Origin: Chiloscyllium plagiosum
Lineage: Eukaryota
Direction: 5' to 3'
DNA length: 64,000 nucleotides
Assembly (NCBI RefSeq): GCF_004010195.1
Contig: NC_057717.1
Location: 104,879,904-104,943,903 of the forward strand
Translations under genes and position numbers: made by a program
Shown: positions 11,390 through 24,646 of the stretch, piece after piece
How the letters are laid out: every line of letters begins with the position of its first letter
How positions within the stretch are numbered: the stretch's first letter is position 1
Notes under the pieces: model-generated
Database searches by the model: none
What the model saw: the letters and a program-made list of their open reading frames with translations, nothing else
What the model was told of the DNA's origin: nothing

Positions 11390-12020
11390 GACAAATATGA
11401 ACAAGAAGCAAGAGTAGATCTGTACCTGCTCTTATGTTCAATAATGTTATAGCTGATCTGACTAGAACCTCAAATCTGCATTCCTATCTACATAATCTTC
11501 ACATGCCCTTACTTGCCAAGAATATATCCATTTCTGCTTTAAAAAACATTCAAGGATTTTGCTTTTACTACCTCTTCAAGAGAATTTCAAAGACACGTGT
11601 CTCTCAGAACAAAAAATTCACCTCGTGTTTAAATGGGCTACCCTGATTTGTAATAGGGTCCCTCAGTTCTAGATCCGAGGAAACATCCTCTCCACATCGT
11701 TCTGTTAAGACCCCTCAGGATTTAATGTTTCAATCACCTTGCCTTGTAGCTTTCTGCACACCAGTGTATACAAGCCTAGCCTCTCCAACTTTTCCTTCCC
11801 CCACCCCATTCAAGACAATAATCTCATAAGCGTTCTCTGAACTGTTTCCACTGATTACTTCATTTTTTAAAAAAGGTGAGCAATACTGTGCACACTTCTC
11901 TGAATATGGGTCTCATCAGTCCCCTGAAGCAAAATTGTTTTAAATTTCCACTCAATAAATGGTAACATTTTATTAGATTTCCTATAACTTCTGTAACTAC
12001 ATACTAACGTTTTGCAATAT
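11390..12020 (-). mobile_element. old CR1 3' fragment
   Basis: CR1-type tail (gaacaagaagcaagagtag...gttcaataatgttatagctgatctg) followed by decayed ORF2 C-terminal sequence. Confidence 0.6.
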
Positions 12021-12499
12021 AAAAATATCGGATGTGACTGGCTCACTGTCTTTCCCCCCAACATCAATCTGGTTCCCCAAGTACTATGGGTGACAGTTAC
12101 TGGGAGAGTGGAGGACGGGTGTAGTGGGCAAGGCATCCTTAGGTCCATTTTGATCAGAAAGTGATAGATCATTGCCAACGTAAGGCCCACAATTTGCCTC
12201 AACTGCCATAATATACTGGGCTGTGGCAGGAAGATGAAAATGGAAAGGATATTTTTCCATCCAAGTTGGCAGCTCCCATTACTGAATTCTAACATTGCTG
12301 AGATACAAGAGCTGCTGGCCAAGGGTGGGACACTTCTTTTTCACAAGGGCTGCATTTTAAAAGCACTTAATTGGCTTCTTAGCCCTTTGGCACATCCAAT
12401 GATTGAGTAAGACATTGTATATAGACAACTCTTTTGTACTATTTGCCTTACCCACAAAGCTTGATAGGAATATTAGGAGCCTCCTCCATGCATTTCCAA

Positions 12500-13060
12500 C
12501 ATCATAGATGACAGTCTTCAGACAATTCAGTTCACTCCGCTCCATTTCACTTATAGGAAGAAATGGTTGTAGGCACTGGATATTGCAAAGGCTGACAAGA
12601 TTCCAGCAGTAGTACTGAAGATGTGTGCTCAAGAATTTGCCATGACTCTAACTGAGCCAGTACAACTCCAACACTACCATACAATGTGGAAAATTGCCCA
12701 GGTATGTACTGTACACAAATGTAGGGCAAATCCAACCCAGGCAAATACAGCCCTGCTAGTCTACTCTTAATCATCAGTAATATAATGGAAAGTATTATCA
12801 ACAGTGCCATCAAGAGCACTTGCTTTCTGATAGCCTGTTCACAGATGTTCAGTTTGGGTTCTGTCATGGTTACAGCTTCTGACTTCATTACAACCTTGGT
12901 TCAAACATGGCCACATTTAACTAAGCGTGGCACCAAAGAACCCTTGCAAAATTAGAGTCAATATGAATCAGGGTAAAAAACCTGGCACAAAGGAATATTT
13001 TATGGTTATTGAAGATCATTCATCTCAGCCTAGGACATTTCTGCAGACTTTCCTCAGGTT
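12500..13060 (+). mobile_element. RT fragment of the same LINE family as 3940-6460
   Basis: Reverse-complement similarity to 5030-5540, e.g. ggcactggatattgcaaa, gggcaaatccaaccc and ttggttcaaacatgg. Confidence 0.75.
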
Positions 13061-13081
13061 ACTTCACCAAGAATTCAAATA

Positions 13082-13938
13082 CAGAGGATTATCTGAATGA
13101 AACGGGCGGGGAGTATTTTGTCGGATAATTGAATATTCAGATAATCGAATGTCGGATAACACAGTTTAACTAAGCATCTGTGTTACGAAGATGTGAGTGT
13201 AGTGTACCTTTAAGAGAGTTAAAAACTAGTGGAACTATCTGACAGTACCAAGTGTTCTGAATAAGACACAATGTAACATGCGGCCCAGCAGCTAAGGTAG
13301 GTGGTTGCCTGGAGACAAAAAACAAATTTGAATTAGGCCAATCAGTTTAAATTATACCCCCCAAAAAAACCAAACTCCAATCAAGTTTGAATTTAGTATA
13401 TTGACAATATTAAAAGCAAATGACACAAACCGATGTTTTGGGGGTATAAGACCAGGAAAAATTGAACAGTTGAGAGAGAACTGCCAAAAGACCAACAAGT
13501 GTAGGCTGCTAGGGAGAACTCTCTTGAGAGGTACCTGTCTAGAGAATGAGTTTGCACAGAGAAAAAATATCGACACCGACCTGGAGAATAAATCTACAAA
13601 GGGAAGATTCAACAGCTGTTTGGTTTTGAAATTTGACTTTTGGTAAATCTTAATCAGGGGTTTTATTGAACTTGTATTATAGAAGGGAAGGAGTTGTAAA
13701 TAGTTGTTAGTTAATTATTTTCTGTTATATTTTAAGAAACAAAGTTGTTAATTTTTACTTTAAATAGTTCTTTGCCTCTCAGATTTTCATAGATTACTGC
13801 ACAGGGTAAATCGTTTCTGTGTTGCTGATTTAAATTAAGCAGTAGGGTTTACCCATGTCGTAACAACTGGAACCTTCCGATCTTGTCAGAGAATCTAACA
13901 TTCGGATAATCGAAAGCTGGATAATCGAGGTTCCTCTG
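13082..13938. mobile_element. pogo/Tigger-type MITE split by a solo LTR
   Basis: TA|CAGAGG(..)ATTATC ... GGATAATCGAGGTTCCTCTG|TA. The left TIR is partly deleted, and internal ggataatcga motifs recur on both sides of the LTR. Confidence 0.7.
13181..13865 (+). mobile_element. solo LTR (685 bp)
   Basis: Perfect 8-bp inverted termini TGTTACGA...TCGTAACA, near-TSD tctg/actg, and CCAAT and TATAAG motifs inside. Confidence 0.85.
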
Positions 13939-14679
13939 TACATTAGTTAAATATTATTTCTCTTCCAGGATGTCATGTTGGCTTTGTCTGATTACATAGT
14001 GGTTTTCTAAGGACTGTCCTTAGTAATGGATTCTAGCATTTTTCCTATATCAGACTTTAAGATAACTGGCTTGTGGCTTTCTGTTTTCTGCCTCCTGCCT
14101 TTCATGAGTAAGGGTGCTACATTGCTCTTTTCCAACATCCTGGGACCTTCCCAGAATCTAAGGATATTTTGAAATGTTATAAAAATGATAAACAAAGGCA
14201 ATTAACATTATTCCAGCCAGGGGCCATAAGTAAAGGGTCAGAAATACATAGTGCAAAAGTATTAATAATGCTAATGATGAAGGGAAGGCAGGTTGATTTA
14301 GGGAATAATTATCCTAGGTCTGTAAAACTAAACATAAGTTACTCTGAAGTAAATTGATTTTTCCTGTGGATGGAAATTTACACGTTACATACAAAACAAT
14401 TGCCATTTCACTGCTGAAAATACCTCTATTTATTATATTAATTCAATTTTTGAAAAGACTCATATACTTGCTAACTCTCTATTTTTTGAATTTTCCTTAC
14501 TTCAAATCACCAACTCAAAATATCGTATTTTTAGCATTTTTACTGCAAATGGAAAATGTAATCACAGAATATAATCAGTGAAGGCGCACGTAAGTATTTA
14601 GAGTAACGTCATGGATTTTGAAACAAATTTTTGTTATTCAACATAGATAAATTCCATGTAGCATTGCTCCTGGTTAGTT

Positions 14680-15525
14680 AAAATAAGGTAGGAATTAATA
14701 GGTGCTTTTCAAATTGGCAGGCAGTTACTATTGGGATGCCACAGGGATCGGTGCTGGGACATCAACTATTCACAATATATATTAATGATTTAGATGCGGG
14801 AACAAAATGTAACATCTCAAATTTTGCAGATGATACCAAGTTGGGTGGGAGGATGAACGGTAATGAAGTTACAGAGATCCTTCAACATGATCTGGACAGG
14901 TTTAGTGAGTGGGCAAATTAATGTCAGATGCAGTATAATGTGGATAAATCTGAGGTTATTCACTTTAGAAGTAAAAACAAGAAGATAGATTACTACTTGT
15001 AAATTTGGACAGGGAAGTGTGCTGTGGGACCTGGGGAGTCCTTGTGCACCAGTCGCTGAAGGTAGGTATGCAGGTACAGTAGGTTTAAAGAAGGCAAATG
15101 GTATGTTGGCCTTTATTGCGAGAGGTTTCATTAACAGGAGCAGGGCTGTGTTGTTGCAGTTATGCAGGGCCTTAGTGAGGCCCCCACACCTAGAATATTG
15201 TGTGCAGTTTTATAACAGGACGAGACAGGATACATGCAGAGAGGATATTCCCCATGGTGGGTGTGTCCAGAACCAGGGATCACAGTCTGAGAATTTGAGG
15301 GTAGACCCTTTAGTGCGGAGATGAAGAGACATTTCTTCACCCAAAGAATGGTTAGCCTGTAATTCATTACTACAGGAAGTAGTTGATGCCAAAACATTAA
15401 ATGTATCTAAGAGGTGGCTAGATGTAGCACTTGAGGCAAATAGGATCAAAGGTTATGGGGAAAAGCAGGATTAGGCTATTGAGTTGGTTGATCAGCCATG
15501 ATCGTGATGAATGGCAAAGCAAGTG
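14680..15525 (+). mobile_element. CR1 RT and 3' fragment
   Basis: MPQGSVLGHQLFTIYINDL...FADDTKLGG and KKANGMLAFIARG...LVRPPHLEYCVQF. Confidence 0.9.
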
Positions 15526-16457
15526 TTCTATGCACTGATTTGTTAAGAAAGCAAAAACCTTCGCATGTTTACAGCACCCTTCATATCTGCACACCATTAC
15601 AATATAGAAAAATGGAATCCACTGGGGAGAATATTCCTGGCCCTGTGGAGATGGGTTAGGAAACGGAACTGGGAGGAAACTAGGAAACCAGACAAGGGAC
15701 AGCTACTCATATTTTTGACTCGAAGCAATTTTTTGTCTGAAGTTCAATAGTTACCTGAAGGTGGCATTTCAGCAGTAGATTGGGGGGGTGGTGGTCAATC
15801 AATGTCTCCTCTCAATCTTCTTCATGAAGCCACAGGGATAGATGAAGGCTACAGCTGTGATAATTGTCAGTCCTGTGCTTCGATTCCCCTCTACAGTGCT
15901 GGCCTGACAGCTGTAGCTAAACATTTTTAAAAATTTGCAGACGTTTTCAGAGAGGTCTCCATCTTGAGTTGTTTTGCTTTCCCGTACTTGCATCAGCAAT
16001 GCTCATCTCTCCTGAGGGACTGCAATCTGTCTTCAGTTTTGGATCCTCTGACTGGGCCTTCTGTTTTATGAATTGTCACTGATGGTAAGTCCAGAGACAG
16101 CTTCCTAATCGGTTGCCTTTCAGAAAATTGTAACACTGTGTGGCCATCCAACACCACAGGGTGGAAAGCAGAAAGTTCTGAGGTGATAAAAGTTTATTCA
16201 CTGTCTGCATTATTGTGCTATGATGCCTGATGATGGATGTGTCAACTCAAAAGAAGAAAGTTGGTCGTAAGAAAGACAAAAGTTATTTTATTTTCCAGGA
16301 CAATCATTACAAATTAATTGGTTCTAGCAAAGGAAAGCGAAGTTCAATCTCAGTTGAAATGGTCCAGTCAATAGATTTCTGATGACATATGCAAGTATGT
16401 AAGATATGAAGACTGTCTGCTTGTGGGAAAATGTCATTCATCCTTCATGGTTCGAGA

Positions 16458-16582
16458 CAAAAAAAACTGCAGATGCTGGAATCCAAAGTAGATAGGAAGG
16501 AGGTTGGAAGAACACAGCAAGTCAGACAGCATCAGGAGGTGTTGAAGTCGATGTTTTGAGTGGAACCCTTCTTCAGGACTGG
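16458..16582 (-). mobile_element. solo PLE pseudo-LTR with a decayed hammerhead motif
   Basis: Homologous to 23705-23793. The minus strand reads gtc-CTGAAGA-agggttccactc-AAAAC-ATC-gac. Confidence 0.65.
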
Positions 16583-19500
16583 AGATCACCTCTTACAAAT
16601 CTCACTACACATTGTGTATAGAGAGGGATGGATTAATGCCACTAAATGCTATTGGTTCTTGGCTACAAAAAAAACCCTACTCAAAATCAAGCACTGGTAG
16701 AAAAGATACGTCCACTTATGGAAAACTGCCATTATGCACCAATATTCACAAAACATTAACTGTGTTGCCATTTATATATTATCTGTAGTGTCTATTGTTA
16801 ATCAAGTCAGTTAAGCTGCTTGGGACAACAATTGAATGCATCATTAACACAATAACATCTAGTGCAGAACATTTTGGAGGAGAAACTTTTCCAACAGCAC
16901 TGAGTCTAGTGGGCAAAGTCCAGGTAATGCTGTTATGCATCAGAAGAGGCAGCTAAGGACTTTGCAGAGAAAGAAATGCCCTGAATAAAGATCAAAGGTG
17001 AAGACAGAGACCAAAGCTTCTGTTATACATGTTAAGACTGATAGAAGGGAAGGAGCTGCTACATAGCTGTCCCAACCTCTAGTACTATTTTACTCAAAGG
17101 CCAGAGAAGATGGATGAATGAGAATGATATCCATTGAAGACCCAGACAACATATGAAGTGATCAGTGGGGATCCTGAAGATAGCAGTGGATGGGAATTCT
17201 GAACAAAAGAAAAGACAGCACAAGCTAACCCTCATGTTTCACTACTATTACATCTGATTTCTTCCAAGATTATGAAGTAGAATTCTTTCCTTAGTGAAAC
17301 ACCCCAAGGTGTCCTTACAATGGGATTTGGATATGCAGTAAGTTTGAAGAAGGGGACCAGAGGCTGAACATATTGGTTTTTGAATCTTTTGCAAGTAGTC
17401 AAAAATATAACAAAGTAAAGGTTTTGGGGAGAACTCAGAATGCGACTGCAAGAGGGATCTGTACAACGAGAAAGAGACCAGCCAAACACTCTCTCATATA
17501 AATTCAGCAACTTAACTGTCTGTTAAGATTGCATAGTTCAGTGAAATCCTCAATTCTCTCCCACATCTCTTGCCGTGACTAAGTCCTTTTGTAGTGTAGA
17601 TCACAAGGTAGTCACCTGCAACTGTTTCCTCGTTGTGTAAAGCTGATGTTAATCTTTGGGCATTTTGGTAGGTTCATTCATCTTAACTGATATCAGGTGG
17701 AGTCTTCACTTACTCCACCCTGAGTAATAAATTTACATTAGAGATCATTTGGTGTGATCAGTCAAAAATCATAAATAATTTCTCTCCTTTCTAACTGCAA
17801 AGCACTGCAGTTATTTGTAACACCTTACCATTTAGGTTAGATTATACAACACAAACTAAGATCTGGAGTTGGTTATAATGGATGCTAGCTCTTCAACTCA
17901 ACCTTCACTCCACTGACTGTAGCAGTCAGAAGAACCTTTAGCAAAGAAATTGCCAAAATATTATTTCTGCAATAATCAAAGTTGTTCAGGTTCAATGCAT
18001 TATCCAACATTAATCTGGTCAACCATTTAACTCATTATTGATCGGATTAACTTAATAAAACATTTGTTGGCTGCTAACCTCAACTGATTAATTGTTGTTC
18101 TTCTGCTTACACTCATGCTGTTGCATACCACTGTTTCTTAATAGGCAGTTGATAAAATGTTACTCATATAGTGTTTAAATTTATGATATACCACCAAAAT
18201 GTAAGGCATTAGCTTCTTTATTACCTTCAACACATGCAAAAGATCTTGTGAATAAGCATACTTTGCACAATTATAAATCTCATCCTGTGTATATTTTAAT
18301 ATTTTAATCTGGTGGACTGCTTGCACCACCTGTCCAAAGTCCCTGTGAGAGGCTTGAACCATATTTCATCATTGCCACTGAGCCGCAAAGACTGCTCTTG
18401 GCAGCTGAGCACCTGTAAGTTATGGCAGCTTCATCACTAAGCCAAAAAAGAAATGATATTTTGTGGGGAGGGAATCGGGAATTGTGAATTGTTATGGACA
18501 AACTGGAAGATAGTTTGGAGCAGGATTTCTTCTGATTCCACAGAAATCCCAAGCCAAGGAATGCTTCTTCATCCACCCATTATACCCTCCATGTCAACCT
18601 GTGCCATTGTCCCACTTCCCATGGCCCTTAATGTTCCTTTGCCAAGATATGCAACACCACTCACACAACCCAAAGCCCCTCATTCCCCCATGACAACCTA
18701 CACCACTCTTCCCACCAACTATGACCCCTCATATCCTCCATGTCAACCTATGTCCCTGCACCAAACCTCTATGACGTTTTGTAGCCCTTCTGCCAACTCA
18801 TGCCAGTCATGTGTCTTCAATCAAAAGAACTGAGGCAATGATGCTACTCAGCATTATCCTAAATTTCCATTGTCATGGGGAACAGTAAGCAATTGATTCA
18901 GTTCACTCTACATATAATTAAGTGGCATTTCTCTACAAAGGCTAAAAGCCCTGACAAAAACCCCACTATCCTATTGTAATGATGAAGACCTGAAAATTAG
19001 CTGTTCCCCAATCAAGCTGTTCCACTGCAGTATGACAACTCCCTGACAATGTGGAATATTGTACAAATACCAGCCTTCTCCTAATCATCAGCAATCAAAC
19101 AACACCAAATCATGGTAATCCATTCACAGATATTCAGCTTGTATTCCAACAGAACAAAGGCTCCAGACTTCACTATATCTCAAAACAGATACAGATGAAA
19201 GAGTTTAATGCTAAAGGAGAAGTGAGAGTAGTTACACATATTGGTCATTGTCTTGGAATTCTCCATTTATGGGAAAACTATAAGGGCTATAGTAATTCAA
19301 GATCCACCATCTTTATGGGGAAATATGCTTTCTAGTTTTTTTCCCACATTCCAAGAAAAAAAAGTCCTTCAACAATACCCAAAATGTTCTGCAGATATCT
19401 TTAAACCTGTGATCATTTTCTTCTTGTAAGCCATAGCTTTCCTGCTGTTTATAGTTGCAAACACTAACTTTTCTTCACTTGTCCTTGTCTATTTTTATGC

Positions 19501-20739
19501 TACAGGCATTGATTCTTGCTGGGCTGCTCCCTATTAAAATCAGTATGGCACTTACATTTGACACCAGCAACCTAACAAACTCTTTCTTCAGCGTGCTGGT
19601 TAGGAAAGTCATTAATGTGTTCTCTGCTGCTGTCAAATGCAAGCCAAACTTTACTGGTCAATATTCCTATTGAAATTTCTAGAGCTCCCATGTGCTGAAA
19701 GATTGACTTTTGTGGGAACCTTGTAAATAGGGTGTGAACCATTTACTCAAAAAAGGCACATTAATGCTCTTCTGTAGGATAATGTATACCCGATCAGTTT
19801 ATTGTTTGATTATTTCAAACCGACGTATCAGCCCAAGGCTACCATATGTGTTCCTGAAAAGTGCCCAATCTTCCTCCAACTATCTTGAAAGAGTAAGATT
19901 ACCTTAAAAACTTGTGTAACAGGCAAAGCTAGCCTTTGCATGCTACTACTATGCAGTAATAACACAAATGGTATTTTTCATTAACAGACTGTCTAGCAAA
20001 AAGACATCCTGCCTATCACACAAATGAGTAATGTGGCATATAAATTTCAGCAGTAGTGTAATGCCAAATGTATAGGCTGTATGTCCCAAAGTTTGGTGGA
20101 TGATCATTCCTTTTGCCTGCTCACAATAGGCAGAGTACTGACTGCACTCAATCCTGCATGCTGGCAAAACTCAGAACATAGTGTCCAACACTAAATGTAG
20201 ATCAGCGATTGGGTAAACTTGCTCAACAATCTCAAGTATACTAAGAACTATACTAATAACCAATTTTAACCATTGTCAGGCTTGCAATGTGGCTCAGCAA
20301 TGCTTGCTAAAAGCTATGTGCAGGGTCTGGTCCTCTGCAGGCAAAGAGAATTTGCTCAGACATCTATTTCCATTAAACAGAAGCATGGGGGATTCGGGGT
20401 AATTATTCCCTAATGCACTCACAACTATACATCTTGACCAGTCACAGTCAATTTGCTTTTTGAAAAGTTTAAACAAAACAAAGTTGTAACTATTCCCTTG
20501 TACATTTTTCATTCAATACCTTGACCAATCAGAGTCCACTGGCCAAACAATCAGCACTTTGTTTCTGATACAGTATAAATTGCTACTCTCTTTGAAATTT
20601 GGCATTCTTCTGTCTATCCTGAAGTATGCAAGATGAAAAACTTTGACAGCAATCTCTTTTTATTAGCATACCCAAATGATCTAGAAGTTCAGGGTTGAAA
20701 TTTTCTAAAGCAAAATATAGATACACAAAGAGCTACTTA

Positions 20740-20886
<147 letters not shown>

Positions 20887-21439
20887 TTAGCACAGGAACT
20901 GCATTCCTTTCTCTCTCTCTGGTATCAGTATTCAGCAGTTTTTCTCTCCCATATATAGGAGAGATGTTTTCATAAATATGCACAGTTTTTCTCTCAAACA
21001 GGAAGAAAACAAGGGGAGAAAAAGTGGAGACAGCTGAGTTTTTAAACCTTCGTCTCTGTCACATCCACTCTCAATATTTCTATTACCTGCACTGCCATGA
21101 GTTGATCCATTTTTTCCTAACAGAATTGATTTCACTTTAAAATCATGTAGGGGACTCCAATATTATGAAGGTTTTTGACAGTTAAGACTAAAGACAAAAA
21201 GATTTCCACCTGCAGGGAAAGCCAAAACTAAGAATCATAAATATAATACATATATGGTAATCACTAATCAATCCATAAAGAATTCAGAAGAATTACTTTT
21301 TCAAAATGTGGACATCTGAAATAGTTGAGGCAAATGGTATGACAGCATAGATGTACTTAAAAGAAATCTAGGAATCCCTGGGGTCCCTCCCACAAATTGG
21401 TATTCCATTTTGGAGGCTGATGAGAGCACTGGTTCCTTC

Positions 21440-23700
21440 AGGAAATGCAGACAGCCAAGTTTCTGGAACCTCAAGCAGCCTGTCTGTACAGGAGGGGACA
21501 AAGAGAGGAAGGACAACAGTAATATGAGATTCTATAGTCAAGGAAACAGATAGTCAATGTCATCATGACTGCAAGATGACTTGTTGCCTCCCTGGTGTAA
21601 GGTCCAGGATGTCACCGAACAGCTGCAGGGAATCCTGAAGTGGGAGATTGATAAGGCAGAGGTCATGGTACATGTTAGGACCAAGACACAAGCATAAAAA
21701 GAGGGATGAGGTCTTGAATTCAGGGACCTAGGCAGTAGACTAAATGTCAGGACCTCTCGAGTTGTAATCTCTGGATTACTCACGGTGCCATGTGCTAGCA
21801 AGCTCAGAAACAGGAAAATAGTGGAGATGATTCAGTGACTTAAAATTTGGTGTGGGAGAGAGGGTTTTAGATTCTTGGATCACTGGGACCATTTCTGGGA
21901 AAGGTGGGATCTGTTAGCAGAATAAGGGCACAAAATCAAGTCAAAGGAAGTGCAGCTGTACTGATTTTCAAGGAGTATGGCAAGACTGGATGGTCTTTAG
22001 TTTAATGCCTGGAGTACTCCCAGTAAAACGGATGAGTTAAAGGTGATGATTGACATGTGAAAATGCAATATAGTAGCCATCACATGGGATGGGAACTCAA
22101 CATTACAGGATAATGAATCTTCAGACAAGAAAGAGGAGGGAGTAAAAGAGGAGGAGGCATTGCATTATTAGTTAAGGAGCCATTTACTGCAGTAAGGAAA
22201 ATGATATCTTGGAGGGGGCATCAAATGAAGCTTTGTGGGCAGAATTTAGGAATAAAAAAGGGGCAGCCACATTGCTAGGTGTCTATAATAGACTCCCAGA
22301 GAGTTGGTAAGAAATTGCAGAACAAATTTGGCAAAATTCATGCAGGTGTGTAAAAATAATAACAAAAGGGTAATTACAGGTGGTAATATCAACTTTCCCA
22401 ATATTACGTGGGAAAGAGAGAGTGTTGAGGCCTAAGATGGAGTGAATTTCTTGAAATGTGTACAGGAGAAACTTTGAAGCCAATACATTGAAAGCCCAAC
22501 AAGGGATGGAGCTGTTCTGGATCTAATTCTGGAGAATGAATGTGGTTAAGGTGGTAGTAGGGGAGCATTTTACTGACAGCGATCACAAAATAGTGCAATT
22601 CAAGCTTATTACGAGCAAAGAAATAGACAAGTTGCAAAACGTTTTGGATTGAGGAGAGTATATTTTAGTAAAATGAGGCAGGATCTGACCAAGGTAGACT
22701 GGGAGCAGCTATTCGTTGGAAATCTACAAAAGTGCAATGGGATTGTGTGTTCAAAAGTGTCCAAGCACAACATGCTCCTTCTGGGGAGATAGGAAGGAGT
22801 AACAAGCCCAGAGAACCAATGATGACCAGAGATATTTGGGATATGATGACAAGAGAAAGACAGGCTTTTAGCAGGTACAAGGGAACAAATTAGCGGAGGC
22901 ATTAGTGGAATACAGGAAGTGCAGGGTGGAACTTAAGAAAACAATTAGAAAAACAAAGAGGGCATATGAGAAAGCTCTGGCTGGTAAAAGTGAGGGAAAT
23001 CCCAAGATATTCTATGTCAGTGGGACGAGGATAACCAGAGAAACAGTAGGGTCCATTAAGCACCAAGGGAGCAATATGCAGGTGGAGAAAGAGGACATTG
23101 GTAGAGTTTTGAACCAATACTTCACATCCGTCTACACAAAAGAAAGTGAAGAGGATATGGAACCCAGGGGGAGACACTGTGAGGTGCTTGAGCAAATTGA
23201 CATAGGGAAGGACAAGGTATTGGAGATGTTGGCAGGCATAAAGGTGGTCAAATCTCCAGGTCTAGATAAATGTCTCCTGGCTGCTGTGGGAGGCAAGGGA
23301 GGAAACTGCAAGGGCACTAATCGAGATTTTTAATTCCTCTGTGGCCTCAGGGGTGGTGTAAGTGGACTGCTGAACAGCTAATATGGTTCCGATATTTAAG
23401 AAGGGTTGTAGAGATAAGCCAGAGAACTACAGACCAGTTAGCCTCATGTCAGTACAAGGGAAACTATTGGAGAAAATTCTGAAGGAGAGCATCTATCTCC
23501 ATTTGAAGAGTTAAGGCTTAATCAGAAATAGTCAGCATAGCTTTGTCAGAGGGAGGTCATGCCTGACAAATTTGATTGAATTTTTTGAGGAGATGAACAG
23601 GTGTGAAGATGCAGATAGTGTAGTTGATGCAGTTTGTAAAGACTTCAGCAACGCCTTTAACATAGTACTACATAGGAGACTTGTTAAGAAGGCAAATACA
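21440..23700 (+). mobile_element. decayed CR1 with ORF1 esterase (SGNH) region and ORF2 EN/RT start
   Basis: CLPG..VQDVTEQLQGILK...EVMVHV (~21585-21680, CR1 ORF1 esterase). ORF 22905..23333 reads EYRKCRVELKKTIRKTKR...VLNQYFTSVYT...KSPGLD, followed by NYRPVSL and SQHSFVRGRSCLTNLIEFFE. Confidence 0.88.
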
Positions 23701-23704
23701 AATG

Positions 23705-24090
23705 GGAGACAGGCTGGAGGCTGAAAGAACACAGCAAGCCAGGCATCAGGAGGTGGAGAAGTAGACGTTTTGGGTGTAACCCTTCTTCAGGACTTGGGGT
23801 ATGTGTAGGGGAGCTGCAGATAAAGGGGATGGCGGGGGCAGGGTGGTGAAGTGGGGATAGGTGAAGACGGGTAGAGGGTACTACCTGGTTGGTCAATGGG
23901 AGGTGTGAAGAGAGGAGGCAGAGGTTGGTGGCAGAGAGGAGTGCAAGGGAGGGGGAGGGGGAGGGGCTGGGAAGGGAGTCGGGGATGGGAAGGGAGGTTA
24001 TATGAAAATGGAGAACTCAATGTTGAGTCCTCCGGGCTGTAGGCTGCCCAGGCGGAAGATAAGGTGTTGTTCCTCCAATTTGCAGTTGTC
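23705..24090 (-). mobile_element. PLE (second family) 3' end: GIY-YIG C-terminus, C-rich UTR and hammerhead-bearing pseudo-LTR
   Basis: The minus strand reads KLEEQHLIFRLGSLQPGGLNIEFSIF. The hammerhead-like gtc-CTGAAGA-agggttacaccc-AAAAC-GTC lies at 23793-23761. Confidence 0.8.
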
Positions 24091-24230
24091 CTGCGGATTC
24101 TCTATATTCATCCTTGATGGCCCAGGTTTAATTTTGAATCTGAAACATTACACAGTACTGGAAATGTCAGACAAGTAGAACTTGAACTCATGACTTTCTG
24201 ACTTAGAGGTGAGAGTGCTACCAACACAGT

Positions 24231-24422
24231 TGAAACTTTATTGCTGGAACAGCACAGCAGGTCAGGCAGCATCCAGGGAACAGGAGATTCGACGTTTCGG
24301 GCACAGGCCCTTCTTCCGAAACGTCGAATCTCCTGTTCCCTGGATGCTGCCTGACCTGCTGTGCTGTTCCAGCAATAAAGTTTCAACTTTGATCTCCAGC
24401 ATCTGCAGACCTCACTTTCTCC
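24231..24422. mobile_element. young hairpin PLE-derived insertion with a perfect 72-bp inverted repeat
   Basis: 24229-24300 is the exact reverse complement of 24316-24387. 15-bp TSD tgctaccaacacagt at 24216-24230 and 24423-24437. Confidence 0.9.
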
Positions 24423-24499
24423 TGCTACCAACACAGTAAAGGTTGAAGGAAAAGACATGAATGAGAATAGTGATTGACCATGCTTAACTTATAAAGAAG

Positions 24500-24646
24500 G
24501 AGAAAATGAGGACTGCAGAGATGCTGAAGACCAGAGTTGAAAAATGTGGTGCTGGAAAAACACAGCAGGCCAGGCAGCATCTGGCAGGCCAGGCAGCATC
24601 TGAGGAGCAGGAGAATCGATGTTTCGGGCATAAGCCCTTCTTCAGG
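24500..24646 (-). mobile_element. solo PLE pseudo-LTR with hammerhead motif
   Basis: The minus strand reads ttc-CTGAAGA-a-gggc ttat gccc-GAAAC-ATC-gat. TSD aacttata(a/c)agaag at 24486-24499 and 24647-24660. Confidence 0.8.

Noticed and set aside
18453..18833. Pro/Thr-rich 126-aa ORF
   Set aside because: Low-complexity C/A-rich sequence with no recognisable domain or splice support.
24108..24458. Paired +/- ORFs sharing KLYCWNSTAGQAASREQEIRRF
   Set aside because: These are translations of the 72-bp palindrome, not genes.
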